Assembly (NCBI GenBank): GCA_964247055.1
Contig: OZ176058.1
Span: 1,736,001-1,800,000 of the forward strand
Reading direction: 5' to 3'
Origin: Paragordius varius
Taxonomy: Eukaryota; Animalia; Nematomorpha
Length of the DNA stretch: 64,000 nt
Shown: positions 12,610-26,867 of the stretch, one piece after another
Layout of the letters: every line of letters starts with the position of its first letter
How positions within the stretch are numbered: the stretch's first letter is position 1
Notes under the pieces: generated by a model
Told to the model about the DNA's origin: nothing
Database searches by the model: none
Seen by the model: the letters and a program-made list of their open reading frames with translations, nothing else
Translations under genes and position numbers: made by a program

Positions 12610-12815
12610 GTAATAAAGTTGACGTTAAACCATTCAGTTTTATGGAGAAAAATCAAAAGTCAGACATAACACAAAACCTTAATAACTCATCATCAGAAAA
12701 CATTAATAAAAATGATAATTCTGAAAATCATAATTATGATAAAATAATTCCTGATTTAGTTGAAGAATATGTGGAATTGAAACAAAAATTGGCTATTTTA
12801 ACCGCAAAGAAATAG
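12610..12815 (+). CDS. Duplicated terminal exon of the HAUS4-like gene, copy 2 (..KIIPDLVEEYVELKQKLAILTAKK*)
   Basis: Same ATTAG|GT acceptor and phase, intact ORF to TAG at 12813-12815, followed by AATAAA. Differs from copy 1 by substitutions and in-frame indels only. Confidence 0.55.
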
Positions 12816-14875
12816 TTTAAATAAATTTATCTATATTTATTATCTATTATTACAGTAAAAATTGAAATTGACGGACAAAATAAATATAGAGACATATATT
12901 TTTTTCTAAAAGGCATCATTACTTTATAAACCTTGTTTTTTTTAAATATAACTCATTGTTTAAAACTGCAAAGTATAAAATGGATATGTAAATTGGTAAA
13001 ACAAGCAATTATGGATATTACGATTGTAATTAATTGATTGATATAGGATAAATTAAGGTTTAAAAAAGTATAATTGGTTGTCTTTTGTAATGAAGAAGTG
13101 TCTTGATATTTTTACGTTTTGTCCGTATAAGTTTAATTTTAAAAAAAATTTTAATTTAATAAGTTACAATATGCATATTTATGGTTGCTAATTTTACATA
13201 CACTATAGTATGGCAATTTGCAACACAGGACAGTAGTGTATGGAAAAAAGAAAGGAAAATAATTGTTAATTCAACATTGTGTTGTTTTTTTCCATACACT
13301 ACTGTTGTGTGTTGCAAATCAGCCCTACTATACTATAGTGTGAAATAAGCAAGAACCATTAAAATGCACACACTGTATTCATTTTAATAGTAAATGGTGG
13401 TCAATCAAAAACATTTTTTCGGGTGATAAGTTAGAGTAAATGGTATATTATTATAACGAAAATTAGTTTCCAATAAATTAGCGGGTCTAAATCCATAACT
13501 CACCCCAAAATGACGGCAAATGTAATTTTTAAACTTTTGAATAGTTAAAATTTTTTAATACCATTCACTATTTTAGTATACGATTTGCATTTCAAGAGTG
13601 TCCTTGAACACTTCAAGTTGGTCTTTGAACATTTCAAATAGGTCCTTGAAGAATTCAAATTGGTCCTTGAACAATTCAAGTTGGTCCTTTAACTTTATTG
13701 TTTAGTTTTTAACTTTTATCAATCAAATGGTAAATAATTCATCTATTTTTTGTTTTTAACCTATTTTCTATTATTTAACATAAATTTTAAATCGATATCA
13801 ACTTTTAATCTTAGAGAAACCGTATATTTCTTAAAATAATTTAAAATATTTATAAGATTTTATTACGAAATAAAAAAAATATATGAGTTCTCTGGGTTAT
13901 TAATTAAAATTTTTTATCAAAAACATTTAAAAGTTAATAATTTTGTTTATTTAAAAAAATAGTTTAAAACAAAAAAGTGGTTTTTCAATAAAATTTTCTA
14001 TTTTTAAATGAATAAATACATAATAAATAAAGAAAATTAAGTTAATAAATAATGAATTAAAAATCAATGCAAAAATTATGGTTAAATTAAAAATTTATAA
14101 ATTTTAAGGACCAACTTGAAGTGCAAATGGTATATATCTATTAACCCAAAAGCATAAGATTTATATTGTTGGTAACAATAATAATTATATTAATAGTAAA
14201 TAATTTATTCACAGGTTTAAAACGCAACATAAGATAAATATATATATAGTGTTCATTTTTTTACACAAATATAAAAAATTATAATTTCCAAAAAATTATA
14301 TTAGAGTTTATAAATTATATTAAGATATTTTAACATTCAAAATATTTGTAATATTTAAACAAAAGTACCAGTAAAAATAATTTAAACAATAATCATTAAA
14401 TAATTAATATATCTATATTGCCATATTTACACGTATATATATATATATATATACATATATTTGCATAATAAATATTTAAATTGCATATTTTTTTTAAAAA
14501 AACTCAATATTCAAAAAATTTTTACAGGTGATTGTCACGCATGCTTACGACAGATGCCATTTTTAATTTTATTTTTAAAGACAAATATTACATATAAAAA
14601 TAAAGATATAAAACCTATTTTCGTACATGTAAAAAAATGATTTTTAAATTTTTTTAGTATTATTATATCTGAGGATTTATAAACTTTAATAAATAACACT
14701 AAAAGAGTTTGTTTATGTTAAAAATTGCCGACAATATATGTTCATTTATAAAACTAATATAAATCAGATTATTTATATAAAAAATTTTGCAAAAATTATA
14801 TATATAATAACAACGTAATTGCATTTTGCATAATATGATGATGTTTTTTTAATTTTTAGAGGTGTTTTCGATTTT

Positions 14876-15003
14876 TTAAACTCTTTCGCGACGTCTTCGC
14901 ATAAACCATATACAAGCTCCTATGGTTAAGGCTAAGCACAACAATATTCCAATTACTATGGCGGCTATTATACCAGCTCCAATTCTGAAAGCTTTCTTCG
15001 TTG
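14876..15003 (-). CDS. LDLRAD2-like (SP-CUB-like-LDLa-TM) gene, exon 5: transmembrane helix and short basic tail
   Basis: TTTTAG|CA acceptor; TKKAFRIGAGIIAAIVIGILLCLALTIGACIWFMRRRRERV*. Confidence 0.85.
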
Positions 15004-15839
15004 CTAAAAAAATTAGAAGTGAAAATAAATTGATTTCAACTTTAAATAATTGCGAAATAAAATAATTTCAATTTTAATAATTGGAAAAAATGATATTTTA
15101 AGTAAAAAATATTTTTTAGTTTTAACAGTAAAAATTGAAATATAAGTAAAAAAGGATATTTTATATAGAACCATATAACTCATATTAAATGAGAACAGTC
15201 GATGAAAATAATTTTATGTGGTACCAATATGAAACCAAAAAAGATAGGTTATTTTCCATATGGTAAAGTTTAACACATGGTTTAAAAAAGTTTGGTGTTT
15301 ACACTTTTTATGTTTTGTTAATAATATTATACATATTAGTAAAAGGTTATATGTTTAAAATTCACGAACTCTATTCTAATAAATCAACAATCAGAATATC
15401 TTTTATATTTTCAAAAACGCTAGTTAAATATATCTTTTTAAATTATTTATCTAAAGATTTTTCATAAAATTTATGTTAATAAAAATGTAATAAATTTTGC
15501 CCAAATATAAATATAAAATGCTTCCTTATTTTGAATATATATTTTATATGTTCAAAATTCCCGACCTCTATTATGATACAATCAACATATATAAATATAT
15601 CTTTTATATCTTCAAAAACGCTAGTTAAACATATCTTTTAGACTATTTTTCTAAATTTAACTTATAAATTTATGTTAAAAATGTAGTAAATTTTGCCCTT
15701 AAATGTTAGTATAAAATAAAAATTTAACTTTAATAAAATTTATTGCCGACTTTTATTCCAATATAATCCACAATTATATAATATCTTTTATATTTAAAAA
15801 ACGCTAGTTAAATATATTTTTAGACTTGTTTATAATTTA

Positions 15840-16650
15840 ACTTTTTGTAAATATGTTAATAAAAATGTAATAAATTTGCCCTTAAATATAAATATAAATT
15901 AAAAATTTCACTCTTTATAAAATTTATTTTAATAAATTTGCCCTTAAATATTAATATAAAATAAAAATTTAACCTCCTTATAAAATTTATGTTAATAAAA
16001 ATGTATTAAATTACTTTAAATATAAATATAAAATAAAAATTTAAATTTAATAAAATTTATGTTAATAAAAATGTAGTAAATTTTGCCCTTAAATATTAAT
16101 ATAAAATAAAAATTTAACTTATAATAAAATTTATGTTAATAAGAATGTATTAAATATTGCCCTTAAATATTAATATAAAATAAAAATTTAACTTTATTTA
16201 ATAAAATTTATGTTAATAAAAATGTAATAAATTTTGCCCTTAAATATAAATATAAAATAAAAATTTAACTTTATTTAATAAAATTTATGTTAAAAATGTA
16301 ATAAATTTTGCCCTTAAAAATAAATATAAAATAAAAATTTAACTTTATATAATAAAATTTATGTTAAAAATGTATTAAATTTTGCCCTTAAATATTAGTA
16401 TAAATTAAAAATTTCACTCTTAATAAAATTTATTTTAATAAAAATGTATTAAATTCCCTTAAATTTAAATATAAAATAAAAATTTAAATTTATATAAAAT
16501 TTATGATAAAAATGATTTTGCCCTTAAATATAAATATAAAATAAAAATTTAACTTTATAGAATAAAATTTATCTTAATAAAAATGTAGTAAATTTTGCCC
16601 TTAAATATTATTATAAAATAAAAATTTAACCTCTTTACAAAATTTATGTT
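15840..16650. repeat. About 60-bp AT-rich intronic tandem array
   Basis: Repeating AAATTTATGTTAATAAAAATGTAATAAATTTTGCCCTTAAATAT unit in intron 4 of the LDLRAD2-like gene. Confidence 0.85.
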
Positions 16651-17125
16651 TAAAATTCCCGACCTTTATTCTAAAGTAATCCACAAATAAAAAAAAATTA
16701 TTTTTTAAAACGCTAGTTAAATATATTTTTAGAGTAAATTTTTATATGATTTAAATTAATAAAATTTATGTTAAACATATCTTTTAGACAATTTTCCAAA
16801 TAAACTTTTTAAAAATTTGATTTATAAAATTTTTGTTAAAAATGTATTAAATATTAATATAAAATAGTATATACATCTAGCATCGCAAGTGCGTTCATCC
16901 GAGCCATAATTATAAAAATATCTTTTATATTTTCAAAAACGCTAGTTAAATATATTTTTAAAGTAAATTGTTTATTTTTTTTTTCATTTTAAAAATTTAA
17001 GTATATATATAAATTTATGTTTATAAAAATGTAATAAATTTACTCTTAAATTATTTTTCTAAATAAACTTTTTATAAAATTTATGTTAATAAAAATCTAA
17101 TAAAAATGTAATATAAAATATTTAC

Positions 17126-17242
17126 ATCTAGCATCGCAAGTCCGTTCATCCGAGCCATCTACACAATGTTGAACACCATCGCATTTAAGCTTTCCATTTA
17201 TGCAGTAACCGTCACTTACACACTTGAAGCCATCGCAAACAG
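17126..17242 (-). CDS. LDLRAD2-like gene, exon 4: LDL-receptor class A repeat
   Basis: [38 protein letters not shown] has the six-Cys LDLa pattern with DGSDE. Boundaries CATAG| and T|GTAAAT, phase 1 to phase 1. Confidence 0.9.
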
Positions 17243-17485
17243 CTATGTTTAAAAAAATTAAAAAAAATTATAATACTCCTGAAATATGAGCCTGTTATAT
17301 AAATTTTTAACGTGGCAATTTAAATATATTTAACATAAGCTCTCATTTTTATAAAAAAACTCAGAATTCTTAAGGTTTTAGAAGTTTTTAAGAAAATAAA
17401 AACGTTTAAAGTTGCGTGTTTGTTAAAACAATACACTTGATAAGTACAAGAGTGGACAAAAAATACAGTAAACATTGAAATTTTA

Positions 17486-17686
17486 ATAGGAGTAAGTATA
17501 CATTGCTAGAAAGTTATTAATTTTTGCCAAATATCATATATAATCATATATAACAAAGGGCAGTATTATTGTTTATAGTTAATTTTTTCAATTTTTGCTA
17601 TTATTAGCCAATCATAATTCTCTTTGCTGCATATCCTATTTGGTAATAATTAATGAAAAATTAGCAATGTATACTTACTCATACTG
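17486..17686. mobile_element. MITE family C copy
   Basis: GAGTAAGTATACATTGCTAG ... CTAGCAATGTATACTTACTCATACTG|TA-type inverted arms. Confidence 0.7.
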
Positions 17687-18844
17687 TATATGGACATAAC
17701 AAAACATAAAGACAAATTTTTTTGCAAAAAGACAGTCGTACTTTTTTAAACCTAATTTTTCCTATATAAATTGTAATATAATTGATTTTGATACCAATAT
17801 TGCATACTTTGCAGTTTAAAAATCAATGAGTTATAAGTTTAAAAATAGTAGAGCGGCCTTATGTAAAAAAATTTGTTTTTATGCTTTTTTATGTTTTCCC
17901 CTACATTACAGAGAAAATTGAAATTATATGGACAAAACTTGAAAATATAAAGACAAATATTTTTTTCAAACAAGACAACCAAATATTAACTTGATTTTAA
18001 GTCATTAAACACTTGAAGCCATCACAAAGAGCTATGTTTGAGGGAGAAAAAAAGTAAAAAGATTTATTAAATATAAAACATTCCTAAAATATAAACCTCA
18101 ATCTTTATATAAACATATGACTCGTTCGATTAGTAAAGTATAGTTTTGAATCAGTAACGAATCGAAAAATGCGACGAGAGGGGCGCATTTACAAATATAT
18201 GATCATTAAAAAATAGAATAAAAATTGAAATTATACTATGGACAAAACTTGAAAATTTAAAGACGAATATTTTTTTCAAATAAGACAACCCATACTTTTT
18301 TAATCTTGTTTTTTTTATAACTCATTGTATTAAACTAAATGTCAATTGCTAACACAATCAATTATGTACTTTTTAGGACGGTTGTATTTAAATTATTCTT
18401 ATAGGATAAATTAAGATTTAAAAAAGAATAGTTTTCTTTTGAGGTAAAAGTTTGTCTTATGTTTTGGTAATCAATTTATAGTGTATATATATATTTTTAT
18501 CAAAAAACAATCAAACTTTTAAAATTATTTGTTTACAATCGAAAATTAATATAATTAATTGTGTTAGCAATTTCCATATTCATTTAGACTTTTAATCAAT
18601 TTTAAACAATAAGTTACACTCAAAGCCAAGTTTTCAAAAGTATGGGGTTATCTTTAGAAAACAATATTTGTCTTTATATTTAAAGGTTTTGTTCGTATAA
18701 TTTTAATTTTACTGTATAATATATATATATATATATATATATCATGATGCCGCCATCTAACGCAAATTATTTTGCAAGTTAGGACATCCATTTAATAAAA
18801 TATTTTATATATATATATATATGCTAATATTCTGTCAAGAAAAT

Positions 18845-19190
18845 AGATTATTAAAAAAATAGCTATGAAACAAAACTTTAATTTTTTCAAGAAAAATTCA
18901 AATATAAAAATTAGTTTTTTAACCTCTTTAAAGATTAAAAAAAATAGCTATGAAACAAAAATTTAAAATTTTTAGAATCAAATCAAATATAAAATTAACT
19001 TTTTTTCTTTAAAGATTATTAAAAAAATAGCTATGAAATAAAACTTTAATTTTTTTCAAGAAAAAATCAAATATAAAATTAGTTTTTTAACCTCTTTAAA
19101 GATTAAAAAAATAGCTAAGAAATAAAACTTTAATTTTCGAATTTTCAAGAAAAAATTAAATATAAAATTAACTTTTTAACCTCTTTTAGC
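18845..19190 (-). repeat. About 72-bp array containing the exon 3 donor junction of the LDLRAD2-like gene
   Basis: Units contain TTTTTAACCTCTTT, which is AAAGAG|GTTAAAAA on the minus strand. Confidence 0.75.
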
Positions 19191-19319
19191 CATGGGCGTA
19201 ACCAAAATATCAAAACCGCGGCCTGGGCCCTTAGTAGATCCACCAGTAAGTTCGGCAACCAAATTGTTTGATTTGAAAATTGTTGGTTTTGGCATAGGGG
19301 ATTCACAAGTCATATCAAT
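19181..19319 (-). CDS. LDLRAD2-like gene, exon 3 (second half of CUB-like domain)
   Basis: TTACAG|ATTGAT acceptor; IDMTCESPMPKPTIFKSNNLVAELTGGSTKGPGRGFDILVTPMAKR; AGAG|GTTAAA donor; phases match both neighbours. Confidence 0.8.
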
Positions 19320-21000
19320 CTGTAAAAATTTTAAAGAAATAAAAATTTTTAGGAAAATAGAAATTTTTATAAAAAAAATGAAACTCAAAAAAAGTTTTCG
19401 CAATATAAATAAGTCATTTTTACAAAAAAAAGTAGTTAATAAAAGCTTTTGCCAAATTTAAATTAAAAAAGATTTTTCACAAAAAATTTTAGTTAACATT
19501 AAACCCTAAGAAATTTTTTAAAATTATATAATAAGTTTAATATTTATTATGTGACATAAACATAAAGAAATATATTTGTATTTTATTTCAAAAAAAAGTC
19601 ATTTTTTACAAAAAAACAAAATTTTAAAGTCGTTTTGGCATTGGGGATTCGCAAGTCATATCAATCTGCAGAAAAAATAGTTAAAATTTTTTAGAAAATA
19701 TAATATTTTTGAAAAATTTGATATTTAAGACAAATATATTTTTTTTTAAAAAAAGATTGTCCAATGGAGTTTTTACAAAAAAGATTAGTGTTATTACATT
19801 ATATATATAATATAAATATATATTACGAACAAAATTGAATAATTTTTGAATTTTTATCATAAAATGAATTAATAATTGTTAGTTTTCATATCAAACTGAA
19901 TTTTTTTAAAATTTTTTTATCTGAAACTAAAAAACTTTTGCATGTCATTTTTAGAAAAAAATGTTGTTTAGTATTAATCTAAAAATTTTTGAATAAAAAA
20001 TTTTTTTTACAAAAAATTTAAGTTTCAAAATTCATGGTTTTGGCATAAGGGACTCGCAAGTAATAAAAAGAATAATCTTAAAAAAATTATTCAAACATTT
20101 TTTTTGTGAAAAACTCATTTTACATATTTTAATCAAAAATAAATTAAAATATTTTTGACAAAAATTTGAAGTAGAAATATAGTGTTATTTAAAAAAATGA
20201 ATTTATTTTAAATATTTTTTAAAATATTCACAATTGTATCAAAGATCAGCAGTGATATCTATCTGTTAAAATATTAAGAAAAATTTTATAAAAAAATATT
20301 TTTAAAAATTTGACATTTAAAACAAGTTTTATTTTTTAAAATTGTTTTTGATGAAAAAACTAGTGTTATTTGAAAAAAATTAATATAAAACACAAAAAAT
20401 TGAATATTTTTTGAATTTAAAAAATTAGGTTTATGATTTAAAAATTGTTTTTTGGCAAAGGGGTCCAAGTCATAATAATCGGTAAATTAAATTAAAAAAA
20501 GGGTTCTATTATAAAAAATAAGGCTGAAATTATGGTAATGCGTTAATAAAAAAATTTTTCACAAAAATAAAATTTAACATTAAAACCATAATTTTTGCAT
20601 AGTATTTAAATTTTTTTAGCGTTGGTATAAAGGATTTGCGCGTTATATCAATCTGAAAAAAAACTCATCTATATGAATATTTTAAGTTTATACTTTTTTG
20701 TTTATTTTTTCAAAAAAACTTTTTTTAAATTTCTCAAAATTAATAAATATTCGAATCTAAATTAAAAAAAATAAAAATCCGCTTCAGTACGATCATTCTC
20801 AGCAAATAATTTAAAAAATTATTCTAAAATTTAACTTTAAAAACAAACGCTTCAGTAGGGAGTCGATATATTTTTTTTTAAAAAAAACTTGGATATCCTT
20901 TAAATTATTATATTTAATTAATTAATAAATGTCAAATTTAATTGATAGATTTTGAAAAAAATGAAAAAAAAAACATATTTATAGAACAATTAAAAAATAC

Positions 21001-21209
21001 CGCTTCAGTAGGGTCATTTTCAGCAAATATTCTAAGCCGGGTATTACAATCTTTAATATCATAATCCTTGAATCGAACTAAGAAATGTTGATCAAAACCA
21101 GCAGTTCTGAGTCGAACTCGACAAGCTTTTCGCCCCTCGAAAGGTTTATAAATTAATTCAGCTCCCTCTGTCCTATGCACAGTTTCTCCACAATCTTTTG
21201 TCATGTCAT
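21001..21209 (-). CDS. LDLRAD2-like gene, exon 2 (first half of CUB-like domain)
   Basis: TCTTTAG|AT acceptor; DMTKDCGETVHRTEGAELIYKPFEGRKACRVRLRTAGFDQHFLVRFKDYDIKDCNTRLRIFAENDPTEA; GCG|GTATTT donor. Confidence 0.85.
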
Positions 21210-21887
21210 CTAAAGAAAATTTAATTATAAAATGAGTTAATTTAATATTCTTAAATATATAAGTTTTCAAAAGCTTAAAAATTTTTATAAAAATTTATTT
21301 ATTAATGAAGATTTTATAGGAAAATCAATAATAATGAAGCTATCCTACTTTTTATAAAGTTTAAGATTTATGTTAATAATTAAAAGCTTTCAAGATAAAA
21401 AATCAAATGTTTTAAATTAATTTTAATATTGATAACCAGCCTAAAATATAACTAATTATTTACTTAAACATTTTCTCATAATTACCTGTTCAAACCTATT
21501 AGCTAAAACTAAGTTAGATTATAGAATAATATTGACATACCTAAAATTTAATTTTAAATATTAATTTCTCTTAGTAAATCTGCTTAAATGTTTGAAATAA
21601 AATTCAAAATTTTAACCATTTAGGTTTCCTTATTTAAAATGCTTTATCAATAACGCTTGTTTTATATAAAAAAAGTGATATATATCTTATCATCATAAAA
21701 TAGCCAATATATCGAATATAATATATCATATGAATTACAGTTTTTAAAAGCTATCATAGTCACGGTTTTTATTTACATTTCATCCTTTTGAAATTTATTT
21801 TTTATAAATATATAAAAAATATTTTAATAATATGCTTAAAAATGGAAAAAAACTAATATCTAATATGCAATATATAAATAAAAATTA

Positions 21888-21922
<35 letters not shown>

Positions 21923-24900
21923 ACCTTGTCCCAAATATCTAATTATTGTCAATATAAAAGCGTATATAAAAAATACACCATAGGGGTTTGCTTATATGGT
22001 ATAATAAATTTATCGATATATCGAAAAAACAAAATGCAAATTTTATGCAAAAAAATAAATATTTAGTATAATCAAAAAATCTAAAAATTATAGAGATGTC
22101 GCAAAAGTAACAAATTGTATAATAATAAAATATATACTTACATATGTAAAAAGATAATTTGTAATTAGAATTATTTTTTGTAAATTGTATTTATTGATTT
22201 TTTAACTTTTAAGCAAATATATTTGAGTAAAAAATCTAAATTAGTAAAACAGAAAATATAGAATTAAGGCTGAAATTTTATAAAATCAAATCTAAATAGG
22301 CGGTTTTTAAATTAAGAAAAAATATTCCAAAAATCAAAATTAAAATTTATCCAAAAATCATTTTTTATATTGTAAAATGGATTTAACCTTATATTTTGTA
22401 AAATTTCTTAATAATGTAAAATGCATCATTTTTCAGTTAGCTACAAATCAATTAAATATTTACCCTACAAAAATTTATAAAGCAGGATAAGATTTTGACT
22501 TTAAGTAACTTGTTAATTTAGATCGGAATTATATAAAGTATTTTTATATTCATAAATATTAAGTTTTTAAACAAAAACGTAATTGTATGTATGTATGTAT
22601 ATATATATATATATATATATATTTAGTGGTGGTCTAATATTTATAAATTTTTTTGAATATTTAAATAAATGATTTTTGGATGTTCTGTAATAAATTTCTA
22701 ACATATTTGATTCAAATTTAAAATTTAAGTAATCATGCTCCATAATTGTAAGTTTTTAAAATTTAAAATTGTACGGACAAAATGTAACTTAAAGACAAAT
22801 ATTTTTATTTTTAAAGTAACCATATATTTTAATTTTAAATAAGCTATTTAGTTACAAGAGTTATGCATAGAATTGATTGTGCTATTAATGTATATTTCTA
22901 TTCCACACTTTACCATTCTAAACAATTAGTTATTTTTCAAAAAAATTAAAAAGTATCGTTATCTTTTAAAAAAAAATTTTATATTTTTACGTCGGTATAA
23001 TTTCAGTTTTTATTGTAACAAAATTAAAAATATAATTTACAAAATTTTCATAATCTTCAAAAATTTTGCCTATTTATTTCATACTTCAAATACCAAATAT
23101 CCAAACTTACCTTTTAATAAAATACTAAAAAAAAATTTAAAATATCCAAAACAACTATTGTTTATATACCAACATTTCAAATTCACCCTTGAACAAATCA
23201 AATTCTGTGTTTTCGAACTAATATAACTCATTATTAATATGCAATATATCTTTATGACATAGTTTAATATTTTTTCAGTATTATTTTAATTTGCAGCAAA
23301 ATTTTTTAAAAAATATATAAATATATAAGTAATTTTTATTCTTAAGAAACAGATATTTTATTTGAGGGTGAATTTGAATTGTTCAAGGGTGAATTTGAAT
23401 TGTAAATTCATAATATATTTGTTTATACAGTATAAGTAAGTATATATTGCTAGCTAGATATTAATTATTGCCAAATAATAGTAAATACAACAAAGGGGGC
23501 AGTATTATTGGCTTATAGATATTTTCTTCTTTTAACTCTATAATTAGCCAATAATAATTCTTTTGCTGCTAAATATGCTATTTGGCAATAATTAATAACT
23601 TTTTTTATATGGAGTTTGCGATAATTATCAAGAAACTCAGGTAAATTTTGTTTAAAATTAGAATTATGCTTAAAGTTTTTAATTTTTTTTCCTATATACA
23701 GTAAAAATTGAAATTATACGGACAAAACGTAAAAATATTAAAAACAAATTTTTCTTTCAAAAGACAACCAACCATACTTTTTCAAACCCTAATTTATCCT
23801 ATTAACAACATTTAATTACAAATCGTAAAATATGTAATTGATTGTGTTTCCAATCACATCTCTATTCTATACTTTGGAATTTAAAACAATGTTATATATA
23901 AAAAAAAATTAAGAATTAAAAAGTATGGCTGTATTTAAGAAAAAAATATTTGTCTTTATATTTTTACCTTTTGTCGGTATAATTTCAATTACTAACTCTA
24001 TCTCACATATATAACCGCAAAATTATCCAAATTGCGTTTTAAAAATGTAAGTTTTTATTTTGTATTAACATTTATCAATTTTTTTCAAATAATTGGCATA
24101 TATTTAAATTTCAAATACAAAACTCATTAGTATTGGGCAAAAAAACATTACGATAATTAGTAAAATTAACACTATTTTAATACACTGGAATCATTATTCT
24201 AATGACAAATATATATATATATATATATATATTTATAAAACAGAGAGATAATATTGGAAACAAAAACATAAAATATATTTCTGTTAATTATATGTTTTAA
24301 AACTAATTTTTCGATATTAGATCCAAAAATGTTGAATAGTATAAAGCATTTGTTACTGATTGTTAAAATAAATTATAGGGTAATGTTTAATTTTTTTGAT
24401 ATATACGTAAAATTTGAAATTATATGGACAAAACGTGAAAATATAAAGACAAATATTTTTTTCAAAAAGACAACCAACCATACTGTTTTAATCTTGATTT
24501 TTTGATATAACTTATTGTTTTGAACTACAAAGTATAATATAGAATCGCAAATTGGTAACACAATCAATTATGTATTTTAGGATTTTAATTAAATGATTAG
24601 ATAAATTAAGGTTTAAAAGGTGTTATTTTTTGAAAAAAAATTCTTTCTATTTTTACATTTTGTCCGTATAATTTTAATTTTTACTGTAAAATTTTTACAT
24701 ATATCCGTAATTTGTTTATAGATTATTTTTTATATTTAACATTGGTTTACCGATACAAAATTTTTACGCAATTAATTTTTCATTTTTTTCTTATCAAAAA
24801 GTTGATAATTTGCAAAATAATAAGTTTTTAAATCAAAAAACATTAATTAATAAATATTAACTTTTATATATATAAAATAAAAATTAAAATTAAAGTAAAA

Positions 24901-26867
24901 TAAAATAAATTATAAAAAAATGACTGCCGTAATGATATATGATCGCGTTCTTCGAACTTTTTTATTAAAATATAAAAATGTAAATTTACAAAACAGTTTT
25001 GTCATATTAAAACGTCAAAAAATAAGTTTTAAAATATATAATTAATGATTTTTATTTCCGCTAGAATATTACATATTTTAAAATAATAAACTTATAACTA
25101 AATATTTCAAATTAAATATTGTTTAACATTAAAGATGAAATCTAAATTTCCACCATAATCAAAAGTAGTTAACTAAGACAAAGTCACTATAATCTATAAA
25201 GCTGACCATATTAAATTATGTAAAATAGGAATATTTTTAAATATATAATTAGAATTAAATTTAATCAATATTTTATTTTAGAAAAGCGAGATGGTATAGT
25301 AAAAAGCGTAGGCCAGTGAGTTTTTTGTGTTAAAACCTCAAAACTCAACAATATTGGTATTTAATTACTAACAACCCTAGGCTTAACTAAAATTTCAAGA
25401 GTTACATTACAGTTTAGGTTCTTTTAACTTCTTTATTGAAAAAATAAAAAAAGATTCAAAATTTTTATTATACCATTTAAATGTCATTAAATTCACCCTT
25501 CAAGTCTTAAACACCCTCGAACATTTCAAATTCATTGTAAAAAAATTATATGTTTTTGGATATCAAATATTACCGATATTTTTCAATGTTAAAGTCAAAC
25601 TTTGTTTAAAATTATAATAATACTAACTAACTATGCTATAAAGAGATATTTCACATCATTATTGAATTAAGCCAAAATGAGATGATACTTTGATGAATTT
25701 GAAATGTTTAAAGAGAAACTATCATAAATATACTATTTACATTTTTAATTTACCCTTGAACAATTCATATTCACCCTAAAAATAAATAAAGTGTTGTTTT
25801 AAGATAAATATTTAATTTTATATTTTTAAAAAATGTAATTTTGTTTAAAATTAAAATAATACTGAAAATAAAATAAACTAAGCCATAAAGATATATTTCA
25901 TATTAATAATGAGTTATAATTAGCCCGTAAAGACATAATTTATATTTAGGATGAATTTGAATTGTTCAAGGGTGAATTCGAACTGTTTAAGGGTGAATTT
26001 GAATTGTTAATGGTATATATAAGTGGTTTATAAAAATTTAAACGAAAAAAAGATATACATGAATGCTATACGGATGTTCAAATATTTTTTTATTTTTTTT
26101 CAATCTTTTACTTGTAATGAAACTTTAATTTGGGGGTTCAAGACATGTCTTTATCATATAATTTCTCTGTTATATCGTTTAATATCAAAATTGCATAATA
26201 TCATATTGATTTTAAACATTTTGTATGTGATAGGGGTTATTTTAGGAGTTTACTTTGAATTGTTTAAAAGAACTTTATTGTGTTAAAAATAGGATAATCT
26301 AGTATCGATAATATATTGAAAATACTAAACTGTTAACTAATACTGATACATTTCCCCAAAAAAGTCATCTATTAAAAACTATGAGTAGCCTGATTTCGGT
26401 TAAATGAGTTGGAAATCTTTTTGGATAGATATTTTTTTATATAAATAAGCTATAGTTTTCCAAGATTTATCTAATAACACGGAATATTATTATTTTTAAA
26501 TATTTATTGGAAACATTTTAAATGGGAAAATAAAACTAAACTAGATAAATATCCAAAACTTAACCAGATATTTTCAACAACCTACAAAAAACTTGAATAG
26601 TTTAAAATTTTTTCAGATACGCTCGCTTTATAAAAATTGGCTTAAATAACAATTCCTATCATAAAATTTTATTTTATAAATTATAAAATTCCAAATTAAA
26701 AAAATGACCAACATGAGATAATTCAAAACAGTTGTTAATTCAAAAAATTTAATTTATTAGTAATTACTAAAGGGTAAATATGTTAACAAAAATTATAAAG
26801 TCTCTAGCTTAAAAAAGTAAAATATTTAATTTTTTAAAATTAAAAAAATTTATTTCAAAAAACTTAC

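Larger units (their letters stand above)
9255..14132 (+). repeat. Local segmental duplication (copy 1 about 9255-10756, copy 2 about 12590-14132)
   Basis: Same order in both copies: terminal exon, family B MITE, family D MITE, AATGGTGGTCAATCAAAA spacer, family A2 MITE. Confidence 0.85.

Noticed and set aside
14528-14640. Phase-compatible TTTACAG|GT acceptor with a 37-codon ORF as a third HAUS4-like last exon
   Set aside because: No similarity to the other two terminal exons or to the HAUS4 C-terminus; the ORF is mostly AT-rich codons expected by chance.
18165-18192. AAATGCG...CGCATTT hairpin as a Helitron 3' end
   Set aside because: No downstream CTRR terminus on either strand.
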